64,000 nucleotides of DNA from NCBI GenBank assembly GCA_000002445.1, contig CP000067.1, positions 640,001 to 704,000 on the forward strand, read 5' to 3'. Of the stretch, positions 53,107 through 62,633 are shown one piece after another (the first letter of the stretch is position 1; the number at the start of each line of letters is the position of its first letter). The translations under genes and the position numbers were made by a program. Origin of the DNA: Trypanosoma brucei. Its lineage: Eukaryota. The notes below the pieces were generated by a model, which was not told where the DNA came from, did not search any database, and was given only the letters and a program-made list of their open reading frames with translations.

Positions 53107-54009
53107 TTGCATGAAATTAAGCCACCCATCACTGTCACTTTTCTGGAGGCGCCCGTCAAGCTGCTGCGTCTTGTCACTGCACTTCCCATATTATGTTGCA
53201 TTCGTTTTTACCTTCTGAAATTGTTCTCCATTACATGCACACGACAACAACAGTATCGTGGGGTTCGCGTCAGTGCGATGCGCGGCGTGGTGTACTACGG
53301 CGAGCAGTTTGTAGAGGTTCCCGATGCAACCGTCACGCTGAGGGATATATGCACATCATTCGGCCTGACGGGAGAGTTTGTGGGTTTTTCATTGAAAAAC
53401 CGGGCTAGCGGTCTCGTTGTGGCCACGCTTCCTTTTGAGGTTCTCCCCGAAGTGTCAAGTGCCAGTGGCGACGTCGATGAGATGACGTACGATCTTATCA
53501 CACCTGCTGACGGCGATGCCGCAACGGAGGAGAGAGATCCAACAACTGACGATATGACGGACATCTTAAAACAACTCGTGCAGCTTGGCGCCACCCCTTT
53601 ACTTAGCGCAGAGACCGACGCATTGATAGATCCGTACGAACCGCGAGCGGCACCAGGGCTTTTGCTTCGCACCATTTACCCACCGTCTGCTTATTGTCCA
53701 TACCGCTACCGTGGCGACCCCGTCAAAGCGGTTGGGCGTTTTGGTGCAACATCCTCCGCTGCGACACATTCAGCGAGTCCGCCATATATGAGTGCTGTGG
53801 AAGTGTACACTGTGGAAAAGGCAACAGGGGCAGCGCTACGAGGTCGTCCAGACCTGACGCCAAAAACCGAGGAGGAAGCAAATGATATTATGCGGGGGTT
53901 GCTTACAGCGGCAACGCAAGCGAAGGCGATGATTGCGCTAACAAGCGCAGAGGAGCGTCGCCACGCGGAGGTGGATGTCAAGCCGAACATTTATCCCACG
54001 GCCACTTAG
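53107..54009 (+). CDS. Hypothetical protein of 300 aa. The true start may be the internal Met (MRGVVYYG...).
   Basis: A + strand ORF with an acidic central region (DVDEMTYDLITPADGDAATEERDPTTDDMTD). I recognised no motif. Confidence 0.4.
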   Translation: MHEIKPPITVTFLEAPVKLLRLVTALPILCCIRFYLLKLFSITCTRQQQYRGVRVSAMRGVVYYGEQFVEVPDATVTLRDICTSFGLTGEFVGFSLKNRASGLVVATLPFEVLPEVSSASGDVDEMTYDLITPADGDAATEERDPTTDDMTDILKQLVQLGATPLLSAETDALIDPYEPRAAPGLLLRTIYPPSAYCPYRYRGDPVKAVGRFGATSSAATHSASPPYMSAVEVYTVEKATGAALRGRPDLTPKTEEEANDIMRGLLTAATQAKAMIALTSAEERRHAEVDVKPNIYPTAT

Positions 54010-54734
54010 TTTGCGGAGGTGAAACGGACGCGTATGCGCGCGCAAGGGACAAAAAAAAAAGAGTTCGTGGTGGGGTTTGTTTCTACTGGTTTCTCAGATA
54101 ACGACGCAGGATGGTTTGAAGTACCCCTGTCATTTCGTTTTGGTACTTTGTTATGCGATTGTCGTACAGTCAGCGTGTGGCTGACGTTTACCTGAGATAT
54201 TTTCTATTTACAGCGAATAAGAAGAATGTAACGGAGCACAATAAGACACACACCTGACCGACTTGGCAAAATTCTGGTATTTGCTAAAGCACTGTTGAGT
54301 GGTTGACAGAACTTGGTGTCAATTAATGCATCCTCGTTGCATAAAAAATTGGGGCATGGGAGTCTGACGCTCCCGCGCGGGACACTGTGTGGATGTGACG
54401 CGGTGAAGTGTTTTTTCTTCGTTCTGTGATTATTGCATACAGAAGGGTGGCGGAAGCTCCTGCGCTGAGTGGGTGTTGGTCACACCTGAAGACGAGGCCT
54501 CGTCAACTTCCTCACTTCGTCTCTTGCTGGTGGGAGAGGGAAGAGTTGCATCACGTTGAAGAAAGAAGAAAAAATGTTAAGTACATGGTGCTTTTGTTTT
54601 TGATCTTGTCCTGTCAAATTGACATACACAAGCACATAAGCTCCCTCATTACACTATGTTCTCTTTCGCCCTGTATTCGTTTCCGTTTTTATTGTTGTGT
54701 GCGCACAGTTTTGTGAGGTGGTAGCAGCAACGAA

Positions 54735-57266
54735 ATGAAAGGTGTAGGTACGTGGGAGTCTGCCATGGAGGTAGCGGAAGAGCAGCAGCAGCAGCAAAAA
54801 AAACGTGGTGGCGGCTTTCAGTCGTTCGGTCTTGAAAAACCTCTTCTCGATGGCATTTTGAGACTTGGCTACAACGTGCCAACACCCATTCAGCGCAGAG
54901 CCATACCGCCAATGATGCAGGGAAACGACATTGTTGCCATGGCCCGAACGGGATCGGGAAAAACGGCGGCCTTCCTCATTCCTATGCTTCATTTACTGAA
55001 GGCACACAGCAAAATTGTTGGAGTTCGCGGGCTCATCCTGTCTCCCACGCGTGAGTTAAGCATGCAAATCCTCCGCTTCGGTATTCAGATTAGCAAGTTC
55101 TTGGATCTCCGATTCGTAGCACTTGTTGGGGGTAACTCCTTGGAACAACAGTTTGAGATGTTGGCATCCAACCCAGATATCGTAGTGGCAACACCCGGAC
55201 GTATATTACACATTATGGAGGAGGCTTCACTGCAACTTTCCATGGTGAAATCCATAGTGTTAGACGAGGCTGATCGCTTGTTTGAGCTTGGTCTGCAACC
55301 ACAAATTGTTGCCATTATGCAGAAGATTCCGGAGTCTTGCCAGCGGTCACTTTTCTCTGCAACAATGCCTAGTGTTCTCGCAGAGTTTACCAATGCCGGT
55401 CTCCACAACCCTGTGGTCCTCCGCCTAGATGCGGAAATGAAACTGAGTGATAAACTCAAACAGAGTGCCTTTTTTGTGCGAAATGACGAAAAAATTGCGG
55501 CACTCATTGTGCTGTTGAAGAAAGTGATTGGCATTGAAGCCAGTGACAAAAAGAGCGAAAGTGCGGAGAAGCAGGCCCTTGTATTCGTGGAGTCTAAATT
55601 CCATGTAGACTACCTGGAGGCAATCATGGAGGCTTACCATATCTCTTGCAGCGCCGTACACGGACAGATGGATCAGGAGGGGCGCCGCAATGCCGTTCGT
55701 GCCTTTGCCAAGCGGGAGACGAGTGTTATGATCGTGACAGATGTCGCCGCCCGCGGTTTAGACCTCCCTCTGCTGGACAACGTAGTTAACTTCTCTTTCG
55801 CACCAACACCCAAGTTGTTTGTGCATCGAGTTGGTCGCGTAGCGCGCGCCGGTCGCTCCGGGGCGGCGTACTCTATCCTAACCTTTGAGGACTTCCCCCA
55901 CTACGTAGACCTCATGGCATTTCTTAACCGACCATTGCAATGCCGGAAAGAACCTGGGGACCTTCTCTTTACTGCTGACGACGGCTGCTACGGTCGTATG
56001 CCGGAGGACGCGCTGCAGCTTGAGCTGGATTTCATTCGACGGCTCGTGCAGAACGATGTGGAACTTAAGGGCATGACAAAGGTAGTAGAAAACGCTCATA
56101 AGAAGTTTGCCCGCACAAAGAAGAAGGCTACACACGATGGCATTCAAACGGCGCGGCAGAGTGAATATCAGTTTGATAGTACGCCGCTTCATCCGATATT
56201 TGTGGAACGGTTGGAAAAAAAGGAAATCGCCGCTGACGAGGCGCGTGTTGGGCTGAAACGTTTCAAGGCGAAGGAGTCTCTGTTGGAGATCGTCCATGGA
56301 GAGAAAATGATGGAAATCAAGAAACCAGTTACCGTTCAATCTCTCTGGAGGGAGCAACGACAGAGGGGTGAGGATAAAGAGGGGAGTGAAAAAGTTGACA
56401 CTGGAAGCGATAAAAAGCAGGGAAAGCACGAATCTGAAAACTGTGTTTCAATGGTGGCTCGCAAGAATGGGGCGGTGAAGGGCAGCTCGACTATGGGAAG
56501 AAAGCTTTCACTCGCCGAATCGCTTCTCTTGAAAGCACAGGAGCGGAAGAAGCGTGAAAGAGAGGCAGTCAACGGTGAGGAGAACGATGATGTCGATGGC
56601 ATCACGGTTTTTCCAGCGCGTGCCGCGTACCATAGCAACTCGAGTGCTGGTGCAATCGGCGGTATGGAGTGCAACAGTGACAAGTACCGCGACCGCGAGT
56701 TCTTTATGGAAGACGTCAAGCGCAACACCATTGAAGATGTCCACTACTCGGTAAAGGATGCAACGTTTGACATTGGAGCTGACACAGCACAGGAGGCACA
56801 ACAGCGACGGCAAGTTTACGCTTGGAGCAAGAAGAAGAACCGATACGTTCGCATGAATGTCAACGATGCCAAAGCGCTTCTTCGCGGAGTGAAGAATGAG
56901 GCTGGTAAGGCGGTAAACTTCAAGACAAAGCTGAAGACGTACTCTAAGTGGACCAAAAAGAGCAACCTTCGCATTCAGGACGCTGGTGAGGAGGAAGATC
57001 TCGGGCCACTGCGCCAAGCACGCGATGCGCAGCGGCAAAATGAACGGGGAGTAGGAGATGAGGATGATGGATTCGATGAGACGGAGGAAGTGGACATCAG
57101 TAACCCTAATCAAGGAAAGAAACTGCGGATTGGACGGAAGCTGCGCCGGCTTCCAAAGGATGGTCATGTGCGTACTTTCGAGGAAATGGCTCTCATGAAG
57201 AGAAAGGCGGCAAAGGAGAAGGCACGGTTGGAGCGCAAAAAGCAGAAAGGTAAACGAAAAAGGTGA
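54735..57266 (+). CDS. DEAD-box ATP-dependent RNA helicase of the Dbp10/DDX54-like nucleolar ribosome-biogenesis type, with a long basic C-terminal extension.
   Basis: Q-motif region GFQSFGLEKPLLDGILRLGYNVPTPIQ, motif I ARTGSGKTAAF, Ia PTRELS, II VLDEADRLF, III SAT, V IVTDVAARGLD and VI HRVGRVARAGRSG. The C-terminal tail is Lys/Arg-rich. Confidence 0.85.
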   Translation: MKGVGTWESAMEVAEEQQQQQKKRGGGFQSFGLEKPLLDGILRLGYNVPTPIQRRAIPPMMQGNDIVAMARTGSGKTAAFLIPMLHLLKAHSKIVGVRGLILSPTRELSMQILRFGIQISKFLDLRFVALVGGNSLEQQFEMLASNPDIVVATPGRILHIMEEASLQLSMVKSIVLDEADRLFELGLQPQIVAIMQKIPESCQRSLFSATMPSVLAEFTNAGLHNPVVLRLDAEMKLSDKLKQSAFFVRNDEKIAALIVLLKKVIGIEASDKKSESAEKQALVFVESKFHVDYLEAIMEAYHISCSAVHGQMDQEGRRNAVRAFAKRETSVMIVTDVAARGLDLPLLDNVVNFSFAPTPKLFVHRVGRVARAGRSGAAYSILTFEDFPHYVDLMAFLNRPLQCRKEPGDLLFTADDGCYGRMPEDALQLELDFIRRLVQNDVELKGMTKVVENAHKKFARTKKKATHDGIQTARQSEYQFDSTPLHPIFVERLEKKEIAADEARVGLKRFKAKESLLEIVHGEKMMEIKKPVTVQSLWREQRQRGEDKEGSEKVDTGSDKKQGKHESENCVSMVARKNGAVKGSSTMGRKLSLAESLLLKAQERKKREREAVNGEENDDVDGITVFPARAAYHSNSSAGAIGGMECNSDKYRDREFFMEDVKRNTIEDVHYSVKDATFDIGADTAQEAQQRRQVYAWSKKKNRYVRMNVNDAKALLRGVKNEAGKAVNFKTKLKTYSKWTKKSNLRIQDAGEEEDLGPLRQARDAQRQNERGVGDEDDGFDETEEVDISNPNQGKKLRIGRKLRRLPKDGHVRTFEEMALMKRKAAKEKARLERKKQKGKRKR

Positions 57267-57760
57267 GGCTGATATTCGTGGACGGCTGCACTTTACTTCT
57301 TCTCTTTGCGTGGGTGAGTGGGAAGGATGCGGTTCACTGTTTCTCACAGCAACACGGAAAGCGTTTTGCGCAGAAATATCATGCAACATGCCTAGTCATT
57401 ATTTTTCAATACGTGTAAAAGGGGGAATAATGCCCCTATAAATCTTTTTTCTTTTTTTTTATTGTTTACTCTCTCCCTCCCCCTGTGCAGGAGGCTGATG
57501 CCTCATCCAACTTTTCACTTTGTACGTGAGGGTCCCCCTCATCTCTGATACGTGAATAACGCACTGTTACACTTGGGAGAGGAAGTTGAGTGTAGTAATA
57601 ATCCTGTTTGTATAGCAACAGTAACAAAAAAGAAAGTGGGTGCTCGTTGTTTCGGATCCCTTCAACCATACGGCTGCAAGGGAATGTTGTTAGCTGAAAA
57701 TAATTGAAATTGTATCGACTATTGCCTGAATGAATTACAGTTTACACGCTCTCTATCTAT

Positions 57761-57890
57761 CTCTATTTTATTTTTTTTTGTACTATTATTTGCCTTGTTT
57801 GTCAACAATTTTCTGCTTTCTGTTGTTGGATTTTGTCCACCACGAAAACTTTCGTACCACAATACCTGTCCTGAAACAAAAAAAAAAAGC
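57761..57890 (+). promoter_or_regulatory. Polypyrimidine tract, A-run and AG upstream of the TPR/IQ gene. It overlaps the first 41 codons of the longest ORF.
   Basis: ctctatctatctctattttatttttttttgtactattatttgccttgtttgtcaacaattttctgctttctgttgttgg ... aaaaaaaaaaagctg. Confidence 0.4.
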
Positions 57891-57917
57891 TGTACATATC
57901 ACCAAGTTAAGTTACTC

Positions 57918-60900
57918 ATGTACGGCGTCACCCATCCGCGGCAAGGGAACGGCGGCCAAAAACGAAAACAGAAGAGGCCGATGGATCAAGCTGCAGCGAC
58001 TGGGCCGCCTGTTCTTTTACCTTCCATTAAAACGGACGCACGTAGCGTTGTGGAGGCAAGGAACTTCGATGTAATGTGCGGGGCAGAGATAACAACGGCC
58101 ACTGAACAGAAGTATAGGAACACCGGTTCGATGAGTGGTGGTGTCCTGGGGTTGGACTCATCTCCAGAGACAATATTGAATATGAACAAGGAGGCTATGT
58201 CGCTTCTAAATAAAGGTAAGATGGGCGCTTGCGAAGACGTGTTGCAGACGGCGTTGCAACTAGCGGAATCAGGGGTGCAGAACTGCCGTCATGCCATCAT
58301 GATGTCGGCTGACCCAACAAAGCAGGAGGAACTTGAGGCGTGGCAGCTTGTCTTCGCAACAACACTAAGCAACATGGGTTCCGTCCAACGTCGCGTTGAT
58401 CAACCACAGGACGCCTTGCGGTATCTGCAAGATGCGTGCGGCGTAGAGGAAGAAGTTTTTGGACAGCCAACCTGCTCCACACTATTGAATCTCTCAACTG
58501 TAATGCTAAACCTCGGGTTATTTGACGACGCACTGAACATGGCACGTAACTGCGCCAGTACAGCCGAGGGTGGAGACCCTTTACTCCACATCATCGCGCT
58601 GCATAACTATGGTATAGCGTTACGAAGTCATCCGTCAAGTGAAATGAAGCAGTCTGCCGCACCGGTTCTTATGAAAGCGTTGCGCGAGGCGGAGTCAAAC
58701 TTAGGCAAGGACCACCCCACAACCCTTATCATCCGCCAACGATGCGGCATGGCAGCCGCAACACCAGCACGAACGTCAACACCTGGAAGGTCTGTTAGAA
58801 CGCCACTACAGCAACGCAGATCGGGGAGTTCGGGCGCCAAGAGTAGTGTCAGTTCTGGATATTCAGTTAAACAAAGGAGAAAGCAGGGTTCTGGAAGCCG
58901 CACAAGTCGCGGTAACTCTACTTCAGGCAAGCGCAAGAGTGCCACGGGGCAGAAAGGTTCCACTCTCCCACCGGTCGGTCAAGCACCCGTTGACCGACTG
59001 CGGGTGAAGCAAGCCATACAAAGACTGGATTATGGTGAGATAAAGAAGGTAGTAACGACGAAAATGGAAGAGTGCGAATCAACTCCGTCAGCGGTGTCAT
59101 CCGAGACTGACGAAGAACCAGTCACGCCTCGACCCTCCGCTCCCCCTTCGCATCTTCCACCTCCGCTCCCGCCCATCGCCGTGCAGGAAATGAGCGTGTC
59201 AACACACAACTCACAGAAATGTTCGGATGCCTCCCCTTTCACGCCCATTTTTGCGGTGCTAAACGACAATGTGATGAGCCTTGGATCGGCAAGTGGTGAC
59301 AAATCTGCCTTTTCCAACGAAATGGTGTGGAGGTGGCAACCACCAGTTGAAGTGGTGGAAGCTGCGGTGCCGTCTCTGCGGGAGACTCAGGAGGAAGCCC
59401 CAACTTCGAAAGTCGAGGCAACCGCAACCCCGCCTGCTGTTCCTGCGGCTAATGAAGAGGAAAAAGTGGTGCCAACGATCAAAAATGAGGAAAGGAAGGA
59501 AGAGATGATTCAGAAGCAAAGTAGAGCCAGCAGCATCAGACATTTAAACAAGCGAGGTAGCATGCGCCGTGGAAAAGAGAGAAGGAACGAAGAACGGGAC
59601 AGTGATGTGCGAAACAGAAGCACCGGAAGTAAAAAGTCCTCGAAACTCGGTTGTTGTGGCGGATATATCAATCTATGTGAAAGCTTCTCTGAGGGGAGGC
59701 CCTCATTCCTTCATTTTGGCGATCAGGAAGCTGCTCCACACGCTGCTGTGTCTGCAACTGAACCAATGCAACACCAGTTCCCCGGTAGTGTGGGTCCCAC
59801 CAACGATCCTGTTTCGCGAAGGGAACAGAGAAGGAGGGAAAGACTTCTTTTGGGTTTTGATGATTTCGATGACATTGACATCGACGAAGAAGAAGAGGAA
59901 GAGGAGGAGGAAGAAGAGGAAGAGGAAGAAGAAAAAAAAGAAAGGGAGAAACAGCGGGACGCGAAGGAAAGAGGTGAGGGAACTCCCGGTAGGTTCGCGG
60001 TTGGCGATGCGGAGCAAAAAGGTGAAAAAAAGAGGATGGGAATCAGCAAAATTATCGGAACTAGTCCAGCGGTGCGTCGCCTGCAGCGTATTGAAAAGGA
60101 GAAGCAAGAAGAAGAGGCTCTCCGAGCGCGTTGGGAGAGAGAAGCCGCAGAGCGAGCAAAGAAAGAAATTTTTGAGCGCTCACTAGAAAAAATTGTCCAC
60201 CGCACGAGAGTACGAGCAGCCACCACTATCCAATTGGTCTGGATTGAGTGGTGGGAGAACATCGGCAAACGAAGGCGCGAGTTGTTGAACAAGCGGGCAG
60301 CCGATAGGGAAAGAAGGGAAAGGTTGCGGCTGGCACTTCTCGACTACGAAAGCCGTCTCGCACAGCAGCAAAGCAAGAAAGCAGCCCCAGCGGTCGTTGA
60401 GGTCGGTATTCCATCGGTCATTAAGTGTGTAAAGAGGTGGATGGAAAAAACAGCGTGTATTATTTATGCTGTGCAAAAGGGTTTGCGGCGTGAGGAACGA
60501 GACAACAACTTTTTCCGTTCAATGATTGTCAAAATACAGTCAGCTTGGCGGCGCATCCAAGCCAAGCGGCGTTCACGGGAAATTGCGATTACACGGGATC
60601 AGAGGCGAGCAGAAACTCTGGAAAGAGAACCTCAGGAGTATGCCGCTCTTGTCATTCAAAAGTTCGTCCGATGTGCCTTTGCGAGGCAAAAAAGGAAGCA
60701 GCTTAGAACAGAGCGCTACAGACCAGCAGTGATCAAGGTTCAGCGGTGGTTCCGCCAAACATATGCTCGCGCCCGAATGCGTGGCACCGACGTTGTGTCT
60801 TGCTGGAGAAGGAAGTACTCTGCGCGCCTTATTCAAAGGGCGTGGCGGGGGTATCTCGGTCGCCTCAACGATGCAATGAATAATCTTCGCTTCAAGCTGA

Positions 60901-61742
60901 ACGAGACCCGCCGACGGGAACGCGAGGCGGCCACGACGATTCAACGTGTTGGCCGCGGGCATCTCTTGAGATGTCAGGTAGCAAAACGTGCGAAAGATAT
61001 TGATCGCATTTACTCGACCATGCGCTTTTTAGAGTTGAAGGCTACGGATGGGGTGGAGGAACAACAGCCGCTGTCTACGCATGCCACGCTCCCCGCTTAC
61101 CTTCCCTCCGATGCCGAGGAGGTGGCTCGCGTCGCCGAGCTGGAGCGGGAAAAGTATCATATCGGGATGTTTGTGGAGGAGGTGGCGAAGCGCGAGCGGG
61201 AGGCGTGGAGCGATGCGCTTCGCTTCCGTCCGTTTGAGGTGCAGCGGCGCCGCGCCGGTGAGGATCTTTTGTGCCAGTTAGAATTCAACGTTTACCGACG
61301 AGAGAGGGCTGCAACGAAGATTCAGCGGGAGTTCCGAGCTTGGCGTCGGGTACGTCACGACGTCCTTCGCGATAAGACACTCCTCATGAAAGGGCGGGGT
61401 GACTACATGCAAAACTTCTTTGACAATAAGGTTCAGAAGATGTTACACAGGAGGCGGTATGAAGGAGGAAAGGAACTCTACGGTGATCACGCCCGCCCCA
61501 TGCGGGAAATGAAAGAAGAGGCGCAAAGTGAGCTGCAGGAGCTCTGCCCGCTGGTGCGCACACACGCCCATCCGACCGAATTGCGAACCCGTGAGGAACG
61601 ATGCAAAGCGGAAGAAGAATTGCTACATGACGAAGAACTCGTGGCGAGCGAGCAGGTGTCGGATTGGCTCAACTTCAGGAGAGAGACGCTTATGAATCGG
61701 TTTAGGGAAGAGGTAAGTAGTGCCCGCGGCTCTTGCTTCTAG
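57918..61742 (+). CDS. TPR-like, poly-Glu, multi-IQ-motif protein (possible calmodulin-binding scaffold). The longest ORF starts at 57795, but those codons overlap the polypyrimidine tract and AG, so I prefer the start at 57918.
   Basis: N-terminal TPR-like helical repeats (ALQLAESG...ALRYLQDACG...ALNMARNCAS). A Ser-rich linker. An acidic run EEEEEEEEEEEEEEEE. At least five IQ-like motifs: IQSAWRRIQAKRR, VIQKFVRCAFARQKRK, LIQRAWRGYLGRL, TIQRVGRGHLLR and KIQREFRAWRR. Confidence 0.7.
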   Translation: MYGVTHPRQGNGGQKRKQKRPMDQAAATGPPVLLPSIKTDARSVVEARNFDVMCGAEITTATEQKYRNTGSMSGGVLGLDSSPETILNMNKEAMSLLNKGKMGACEDVLQTALQLAESGVQNCRHAIMMSADPTKQEELEAWQLVFATTLSNMGSVQRRVDQPQDALRYLQDACGVEEEVFGQPTCSTLLNLSTVMLNLGLFDDALNMARNCASTAEGGDPLLHIIALHNYGIALRSHPSSEMKQSAAPVLMKALREAESNLGKDHPTTLIIRQRCGMAAATPARTSTPGRSVRTPLQQRRSGSSGAKSSVSSGYSVKQRRKQGSGSRTSRGNSTSGKRKSATGQKGSTLPPVGQAPVDRLRVKQAIQRLDYGEIKKVVTTKMEECESTPSAVSSETDEEPVTPRPSAPPSHLPPPLPPIAVQEMSVSTHNSQKCSDASPFTPIFAVLNDNVMSLGSASGDKSAFSNEMVWRWQPPVEVVEAAVPSLRETQEEAPTSKVEATATPPAVPAANEEEKVVPTIKNEERKEEMIQKQSRASSIRHLNKRGSMRRGKERRNEERDSDVRNRSTGSKKSSKLGCCGGYINLCESFSEGRPSFLHFGDQEAAPHAAVSATEPMQHQFPGSVGPTNDPVSRREQRRRERLLLGFDDFDDIDIDEEEEEEEEEEEEEEEEKKEREKQRDAKERGEGTPGRFAVGDAEQKGEKKRMGISKIIGTSPAVRRLQRIEKEKQEEEALRARWEREAAERAKKEIFERSLEKIVHRTRVRAATTIQLVWIEWWENIGKRRRELLNKRAADRERRERLRLALLDYESRLAQQQSKKAAPAVVEVGIPSVIKCVKRWMEKTACIIYAVQKGLRREERDNNFFRSMIVKIQSAWRRIQAKRRSREIAITRDQRRAETLEREPQEYAALVIQKFVRCAFARQKRKQLRTERYRPAVIKVQRWFRQTYARARMRGTDVVSCWRRKYSARLIQRAWRGYLGRLNDAMNNLRFKLNETRRREREAATTIQRVGRGHLLRCQVAKRAKDIDRIYSTMRFLELKATDGVEEQQPLSTHATLPAYLPSDAEEVARVAELEREKYHIGMFVEEVAKREREAWSDALRFRPFEVQRRRAGEDLLCQLEFNVYRRERAATKIQREFRAWRRVRHDVLRDKTLLMKGRGDYMQNFFDNKVQKMLHRRRYEGGKELYGDHARPMREMKEEAQSELQELCPLVRTHAHPTELRTREERCKAEEELLHDEELVASEQVSDWLNFRRETLMNRFREEVSSARGSCF
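59884..59935 (+). repeat. Coding (GAR)n trinucleotide repeat that encodes a poly-Glu tract of about 16 residues inside the TPR/IQ protein gene.
   Basis: gaagaagaagaggaagaggaggaggaagaagaggaagaggaagaagaa, in frame with the CDS 57918-61742. Confidence 0.9.
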
Positions 61743-62160
61743 CTGAACTAAAGATTGGGGTGTAGGGCGTGGACTCCGTGTGTGAGAAAATATGTACGTA
61801 TATTCGTGAGTTACGTACACGTGAAATGAAAACGGTTTCGTGCTGCTACACCCAATTTAAGGTCGAGGTTTCGCACAGCGAAGTTGTTGAAGTTCACACC
61901 AAATCCATTAGAGATGAGTCCACATCCCCAAAGTAAGGTGCTCACTGTTGTTGTTGTTGATGTCGTGCGAGGATTAGTGACAAGGGTTGTGTTTGCTCTG
62001 ATGGGGATCACTGAGAGAAAGGAAGTGAATTCCCCAAGTGGCATGTACAGAAATAAATTCTTTGAAAACAAGAAAAAGGGGAAAAGGACTTGTTTAAGAG
62101 AAGTGAAAGGTTGACAAGGGGGGTGCTCCTTTTACCCCTTTCTTTTTTTCCCCATTAACA

Positions 62161-62285
62161 GGTTGGCAGAAAACTGTATGTCCCGTTGTGTGTGATTTTT
62201 TGACCATCCCCCATTTTCGAGTAGATTTCTCACGTTTTTTTTTTTACTCACACCACTTGCTGCCAATCTCCCTTTTTCATATGTA
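62161..62285 (+). promoter_or_regulatory. Polypyrimidine-rich region upstream of the RCC1-repeat gene. This is the candidate splice-acceptor signal.
   Basis: ttttttgaccatcccccattttcgagtagatttctcacgtttttttttttactcacaccacttgctgccaatctccctttttcatatg. Confidence 0.35.
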
Positions 62286-62633
62286 TTGTCTAGTGTTTTA
62301 TCCGTGACACTCAGATGTGGGGTGTGGAAGTTGCTGTAAAGGCAGAAAGAAGTCGCTTTCAGTTTATGTGTATGTTTGTGACCTTTCTCCCCTTTTGTAC
62401 TTCTGTGATTTTGTCACTACATCACAAGTGATGGAGTTAGATACTGTTGCCACATTCTTCGCCCTTTCCCAAAGGGATTTTTGTTATTTTTGCTCAATCG
62501 GGATGTGAAGCTCCCCCACGAACAAACAAGCTATGTTTGTGCACCCTTGACTTTACTTTTCTTTTGTAATCATCTTGTTTCGTTTACACCTTCACATACA
62601 TGCATATATAACTTCGTAACGCAGTTTAGGAGC

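Noticed and set aside
54790-54806. A (CAG)n-like run that encodes QQQQQ at the N-terminus of the DEAD-box helicase.
   Set aside because: It is only about five codons of in-frame coding low complexity. It is too short to call a meaningful repeat feature.
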